Source of the DNA: a virus
DNA: 64,000 bases
Direction: 5' to 3' (one strand)
Virus record (IMG/VR): IMGVR_UViG_3300030380_006811
Span: 55,076-119,075 of that record
The notes under the pieces were generated by a model, which had not been told where the DNA came from, made no database searches, and saw only the letters and a program-made list of their open reading frames with translations. Positions 59,051-64,000 of the stretch are shown here, piece after piece. Every line of letters starts with the position of its first letter. Position 1 is the first letter of the stretch. Position numbers and translations under genes: made by a program.

Positions 59051-60121
59051 ATGAGCTTTAAAAGATTAGACCCAGAAGATTTTGTAGTAAGTGCTGATGC
59101 TGTTTCATCCACAGTTTGGACAGGAAATGAACCTATTTTAACAACATTCTTTACTTCTTCTGCCCAAGAAAATGGAGCATCGGGAAAATTTTATCTTGAT
59201 GTATATAACACAGAATCAAATTTGGCAAATAACCAAATACAATTTGCTATTGCGTATGCAGATGAAACAGGAGGTGGAGCAATCGCATACAATTCAGCAG
59301 TAAATAATTATTCTCCTTCAACTACAATGTATGGTTCTTATAGAACATTAGTATTAGAAGATGAAAATTCAAGTTTTACATTTGGAGATGTTACAAGTAG
59401 TTATTTTTATGCTATAAGTGTAGAAAGAGCTAGATATAAAGAAACTTTATTTCCTGGTTCTTTAAACTTAAAATTATCAAGTAGCTCACCAGGTGCTACG
59501 GGTCCAATAGAATTAACAGATAATTCTCAAGATGTTACAATTCCTCAGTATTTTGGTACAATGAGGGCTTACCAAATAATTAGTGGTTCAAATGGTACAG
59601 CTTATAATAAACTTACAGGAGAAAATGGTAATAATACAGGATTTACTACAAATAGTGGTTCTTATGGGTTATTCTTACCAGATATTTCAACTATATTACT
59701 AAATGGTCTTGCTTTAGATTTAGATAATGCTGAAGGAATTAACTTAGACCCAGCAGGTACTAATAGAACAATTAATTCAGATCAAAATAATCCACAAAAA
59801 TTATATGAACACATGTCAGCAAGTGTTGGAGTTGGGGCAGCAGCTAATTTTGAATTAGGATGTCAAGAAACAATAACATCAGATTATGTATTTGTAAGAG
59901 CAAGAAGCTCTGAATTTAATTATTCTGAAAATCCATCATTTATATCGGGTTCAACAGGTGAAGTAATTTATTCTTATTTTATTAATAACCCTAATGTATT
60001 CCCAACAACAGTTGGATTATATAATGATAGTAATGATTTACTTGCAGTAGCAAAATTATCAAAACCAATTTTAAAAGATTTTACAAAAGAAGCTCTAATA
60101 CGAGTAAAACTAGATTTCTAA
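59051..60121 (+). CDS. Baseplate/tail structural protein (paralog 1)
   Basis: EFNYSENPS...TTVGLYND...LLAVAKLSKP. Confidence 0.6.
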   Translation: MSFKRLDPEDFVVSADAVSSTVWTGNEPILTTFFTSSAQENGASGKFYLDVYNTESNLANNQIQFAIAYADETGGGAIAYNSAVNNYSPSTTMYGSYRTLVLEDENSSFTFGDVTSSYFYAISVERARYKETLFPGSLNLKLSSSSPGATGPIELTDNSQDVTIPQYFGTMRAYQIISGSNGTAYNKLTGENGNNTGFTTNSGSYGLFLPDISTILLNGLALDLDNAEGINLDPAGTNRTINSDQNNPQKLYEHMSASVGVGAAANFELGCQETITSDYVFVRARSSEFNYSENPSFISGSTGEVIYSYFINNPNVFPTTVGLYNDSNDLLAVAKLSKPILKDFTKEALIRVKLDF

Positions 60122-60126
60122 AATGA

Positions 60127-61098
60127 ATGGCGGCTTTCAAACAATTCAATTCTCAAGATATAATTGTATCGCCGTTAGAAGTAAATAAATCGTTTACTTT
60201 TAAAGGCGACGGCGAGCTCTCTGCTTCCAATGCTGATGTTAATAGATTTTTAGGAAAAAATGTAAATTTTACTTCTTCTACAAATTATCAAACTGGTTTT
60301 AACTCAGGTAGTTTAATTTTATCTCAATCCTCAATATATGATTCAGTAAAAGAATTATATTATTCTAATTTTTTAACTTCAAGTTTTGGCGATGATGCAA
60401 TAACTGCTAGTGTAGTTCTTGGGTCTGACCCATCTGGGGATGTATTAATAGGTCCACCTGGATCTAACGGAAGATACGTAAATTATTTACAATCTTCATT
60501 AACCCAATCACGTAATTTCCCTACAGATGAAGATGATTATATTTTGGTATTTTCAATACCTTCTAAATTATTTGGTGATTATATTCAACCTGAATCATTT
60601 GTATTAAATTTAAATAATGATAGTTCTTCATGGCTTATATCAGCAGAAATCACAGACGATGGAGAAGGTAATTTACTATCTGGAAGTGTTAATGTTGGAC
60701 AAATATTTTACCCTCATGGTATTGCAGTTTTAACACAACAAGATTGGGGATCGTTAGGATCATCTAAATTACCAAGTGCGTATTCAGGTTCACAAATATC
60801 TTGTTCATTTTCAAGTTCATATACAATTTATGAAACACAATATAAATGTACAATAAATGAAAGTGAATTTAATTTTTCACAAAACCCAAGTATAATATCT
60901 GGAAGTATAACGGATAACATAACTACTTCTAGTGGAATTGTTTATGATTTTGCAACAAGTTCTTATTTTAGTCCCTATGTAACAACTGTTGGTATGTATA
61001 ATAACGATCATGAATTATTAGCTGTAGGTAAATTAGCTCAACCCTTACCTACTTCACAAACCACTGATACAACAATTTTAGTAAATATAGATAGATAA
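60127..61098 (+). CDS. Baseplate/tail structural protein (paralog 2)
   Basis: EFNFSQNPS...TTVGMYNN...LLAVGKLAQP. Confidence 0.6.
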   Translation: MAAFKQFNSQDIIVSPLEVNKSFTFKGDGELSASNADVNRFLGKNVNFTSSTNYQTGFNSGSLILSQSSIYDSVKELYYSNFLTSSFGDDAITASVVLGSDPSGDVLIGPPGSNGRYVNYLQSSLTQSRNFPTDEDDYILVFSIPSKLFGDYIQPESFVLNLNNDSSSWLISAEITDDGEGNLLSGSVNVGQIFYPHGIAVLTQQDWGSLGSSKLPSAYSGSQISCSFSSSYTIYETQYKCTINESEFNFSQNPSIISGSITDNITTSSGIVYDFATSSYFSPYVTTVGMYNNDHELLAVGKLAQPLPTSQTTDTTILVNIDR

Positions 61099-62252
61099 TG
61101 GCATGTACACTTTCAAATTTAGGAATACAAACGGGATGTGTAATACAGGCATCTCAAGTATCTCAATCTATTGATGCTTTTACCAAAGCTGAAGAGTATG
61201 ATGTTTCATTATCTGGTTCATTAACTATTACAGGTAGTTTATTATTTTCAGGATCAGAAGCATCGTCAGTACAATTCCAACAACTTCCAAATTTAACCCA
61301 AAACCATCTACTAAATTATAATTGTAACACAGGAGGAGTTGGGTTTGTTTGTGTAGATAGTTTTGTAGTAACTCCATCAGAAGGACCATATTTTACAAGT
61401 AGTAATTCTGGTTATGCTTTTGAAATTCAACCCCATGATACTCTTAATAAGGCTACTGGTTCTTATTCTGTAATTTCAGGAGGTAATAAAAATGAAATTT
61501 CTAATCAATCTTGCACATCAATTGTAGGGGGATTTTGTAATACTATAACATCTTCTAGGAGTTCAGCTAATAATTTTATAGGTGGAGGTAGCCATAATAA
61601 TATGAATAATACATATTTATGTCGCAATTCAATACTTGGGGGATGTTTAAATGAAATATGTGGACCTGTAGATGCACCTAGTACTATTGGAGCTAATACA
61701 AGCCAAAATGTTATAGGAGGGGGTTGTAAAAATATTATATCCGGTTCATCTGTAAATTCAATAATAGGGTCTGGTACTAATAATTTAATATGTGGGTGTA
61801 TTAATTCTCCTGGTTTAGCTTTTATAGGAGGTGGTAATTGTAACGTAATACAAGGTTGCGCACATTATGGTAATTCAATTGTAGGTGGGTGTAAAAATAC
61901 TATTGATCCGAGTTTTAACATTTCACCTTCATGTCAAACTGATGTTAGACACTCAGCAATTTTAGGTGGTATAAATAATACAGCTTCTGCTTGTGAATCC
62001 TATATTATAGGAGGATGTGAAAATTTTGCTAAACATGAATGTTCTTTTATTGTTGGTTCAAATATTACGAGTTCTGCTGTTTGTACTACCTACGTAAATA
62101 ATTTAAATGTAGGATGTACAGTGCACATGCTATTAAGAAAAACTATTGGTACGGGTCAAGCAGGGATGTTAGTAGCTTGTGAAACACCTGGTGGGTTAGC
62201 AGAGTTATATTTTCATGATGGGAATGGATATAAAAAAGTTTGTTTAATATAA
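61098..62252 (+). CDS. Cys-rich tail fibre/adhesin with GGxxN beta-roll repeats
   Basis: SGGNKN, VGGFCN, LGGCLN, GGGCKN, GGGNCN, VGGCKN, LGGINN, IGGCEN. Confidence 0.7.
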   Translation: MACTLSNLGIQTGCVIQASQVSQSIDAFTKAEEYDVSLSGSLTITGSLLFSGSEASSVQFQQLPNLTQNHLLNYNCNTGGVGFVCVDSFVVTPSEGPYFTSSNSGYAFEIQPHDTLNKATGSYSVISGGNKNEISNQSCTSIVGGFCNTITSSRSSANNFIGGGSHNNMNNTYLCRNSILGGCLNEICGPVDAPSTIGANTSQNVIGGGCKNIISGSSVNSIIGSGTNNLICGCINSPGLAFIGGGNCNVIQGCAHYGNSIVGGCKNTIDPSFNISPSCQTDVRHSAILGGINNTASACESYIIGGCENFAKHECSFIVGSNITSSAVCTTYVNNLNVGCTVHMLLRKTIGTGQAGMLVACETPGGLAELYFHDGNGYKKVCLI

Positions 62253-62269
62253 TAATTGTTTTTAATTTA

Positions 62270-62279
62270 ATATTTATAA
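62270..62279 (+). promoter_or_regulatory. Putative late promoter
   Basis: ATATTTATAA. Confidence 0.7.
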
Positions 62280-62288
62280 TAAAACCTG

Positions 62289-64000
62289 ATGGCTAAACAG
62301 TTAGAAAATATTTTTAATCCAAATGTTGATGAAATATCACAAGGGTTTACAATTAATTCTTGGCATGTTTCTCAATCAGTAGATGCATTTACAGCTCAGG
62401 ATGCTTATGATATTTCAATATCAGGTTCTCTTAATAATACAGGTTCAGCAAGTTTTTCAGGTAGTGTATTTACCCCAGATTTAACTGATACATCAGCCGA
62501 TTTTGAAGTAGTTGTTGTTGATAATACTACAAAAGAATTAAAAAAAACAACATCATTAGCAGCAGGTTCTTCTGGTTCATCAGGTTCATCTGGTACAAGT
62601 GGCACAAGTGGCACTTCGGGTACAAGTGGTTCTTCAGGAACAAGTGGAACCTCAGGTTCATCAGGTAATAGTGGATCATCTGGTTCATCAGGTGCAGACG
62701 GAGATAGATATGCTACAACTTCAGGTACATCAGAAACACTAGGGGATGGAAATAAATGTATAAATATTGAATTAGGTTTAGCTTATACTGCAGGTCAAGA
62801 AATGATAATGGCTAACAGTGATACTGCTTTTCAAACAGCTTTAGTTGTTAGTTATAACCCTGTAACTGGAATTTTATGTTATGGCGATATTATAACTCAG
62901 GAAGGAACTGGAACCTATAGTAGTTGGCAAGTTAACCTTTCAGGAAATGTAGCAGGATCTTCAGGTACTTCTGGAACTTCGGGTACTAGTGGTACCTCAG
63001 GAACTTCTGGTGGTATAGGAGAAGCTGGTTCATCAGGTTCATCGGGTTCATCTGGTACAAGTGGTACTTCGGGTTCAAGTGGGACAAGTGGTTCATCAGG
63101 TACTTCAGATAAGTACGCAACAACTTCAGGCACCACTTATCAATTAGGAGCTTCAACTCCTTGTCTTACAGTTGAAACCGGATTAGCGTATACAACTGCT
63201 CAATCCATAATTATAGTACATGATATTGATAATTTCCAAGAATGTGAAGTTAGCTCTTATAATTCAGCAACTGGTGAATTATGTTTTACAAATATAACAA
63301 GACAAGTAGGATCAGGAACTTATTCAACTTGGACAGTCAATCTAGACGGTGCTTCGGGGGGAGATGGATCTTCGGGTTCTAGTGGTACATCAGGAACAAG
63401 CGGTTCTTCAGGTACATCGGGTACAAGCGGTTCTTCGGGAACAAGTGGAACTAGTGGATCTTCAGGAGCTAGTGGTTCTTCTGGTTCATCTGGTACAAGC
63501 GGAACTTCGGGTACAAGTGGTACTTCTGGTTCAAGTGGTGAAGATGGATCATCTGGTTCTTCAGGCACAAGCGGAACTTCAGGAACAAGTGGAACCTCAG
63601 GTTCTTCAGGTACATCTGGCACATCAGGTTCTTCAGGTACATCAGGTTCTTCAGGCACATCTGGTACTAGTGGTACTTCTGGTTCAAGTGGAACATCAGG
63701 AACTTCAGGAACAAGTGGTTCTTCAGGTACATCTGGTACATCAGGATCATCTGGTACTAGTGGTACAAGTGGATCATCTGGAACAAGCGGAACTTCAGGT
63801 TCAAGCGGAACTTCTGGTACATCGGGTACATCAGGTACATCAGGTTCAAGTGGTGAAGATGGATCATCGGGTTCAAGTGGTACTTCAGGCACAAGTGGTT
63901 CAAGTGGTACTTCAGGTTCAAGTGGTACTAGTGGCTCATCAGGTACAAGCGGAACTTCTGGTTCATCAGGTACTAGTGGTACAAGTGGAACTTCAGGAAC
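62289..64000 (+). CDS. Collagen-like Gly-(Ser/Thr)-Ser repeat fibre protein, 3'-truncated (absent from ORF track)
   Basis: ATG at 62289 (MAKQLENIFNPN...), open to window end; ATATTTATAA at 62270. Confidence 0.85.
   Translation, partial: MAKQLENIFNPNVDEISQGFTINSWHVSQSVDAFTAQDAYDISISGSLNNTGSASFSGSVFTPDLTDTSADFEVVVVDNTTKELKKTTSLAAGSSGSSGSSGTSGTSGTSGTSGSSGTSGTSGSSGNSGSSGSSGADGDRYATTSGTSETLGDGNKCINIELGLAYTAGQEMIMANSDTAFQTALVVSYNPVTGILCYGDIITQEGTGTYSSWQVNLSGNVAGSSGTSGTSGTSGTSGTSGGIGEAGSSGSSGSSGTSGTSGSSGTSGSSGTSDKYATTSGTTYQLGASTPCLTVETGLAYTTAQSIIIVHDIDNFQECEVSSYNSATGELCFTNITRQVGSGTYSTWTVNLDGASGGDGSSGSSGTSGTSGSSGTSGTSGSSGTSGTSGSSGASGSSGSSGTSGTSGTSGTSGSSGEDGSSGSSGTSGTSGTSGTSGSSGTSGTSGSSGTSGSSGTSGTSGTSGSSGTSGTSGTSGSSGTSGTSGSSGTSGTSGSSGTSGTSGSSGTSGTSGTSGTSGSSGEDGSSGSSGTSGTSGSSGTSGSSGTSGSSGTSGTSGSSGTSGTSGTSG
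63366..64000 (+). repeat. 9-bp period coding repeat, (GSS/GTS)n
   Basis: GGN-(TCN/ACN)-(TCN/AGY) units with synonymous variation; shorter tracts at ~62565-62700 and ~62955-63108. Confidence 0.95.

Noticed and set aside
62405-63892. Minus-strand Pro/Glu/Val-rich ORFs (62405, 62915, 63320, 63469)
   Set aside because: Antisense shadows of the Gly-Ser/Thr-Ser repeat gene on the + strand
1-64000. Stop-codon reassignment
   Set aside because: Long conserved genes are intact in the standard code, and TAA, TAG and TGA all end genes at sensible positions

Overview
AT-rich segment of a large T4-like (myovirus-type) dsDNA bacteriophage genome, almost entirely coded on the + strand in the standard code. 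The host is probably a Bacteroidota/Flavobacteria member: ~15 copies of a (T/G)TG-N18-CGTATATT promoter fit the Bacteroidota -33/-7 consensus, Shine-Dalgarno sites are absent, and a lipoprotein has a Bacteroidota-style signal. Order: replication and chaperone block (C-terminal half of a split family-B DNA polymerase, sliding clamp, Hsp20, GroES, GroEL, clamp loader, PD-(D/E)XK nuclease); a ~9 kb sugar-modification cluster (GT4, GT2, UDP-sugar dehydrogenase, epimerase, methyltransferases); an accessory region of small early genes (ligase, HNH, RadA-like ATPase, Smr, 2OG-Fe(II) oxygenases) that contains a highly structured ~260 nt intergenic RNA candidate and a palindrome-rich non-coding convergence zone; a gp55-like sigma factor; then baseplate and tail-fibre genes under a second motif, ATATTTATAA. 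Best hunt candidates: (1) a virion-glycosylation system, with [S/T]-[G/A/S]-S motifs saturating structural proteins and a Gly-(Ser/Thr)-Ser repeat fibre; (2) the multi-pseudoknot ncRNA; (3) an ArfA-like peptide whose ORF runs through a hairpin before its stop; (4) an Hsp20 mRNA whose two UTRs are complementary. All family assignments are from motif recognition by eye; no database searches were run.
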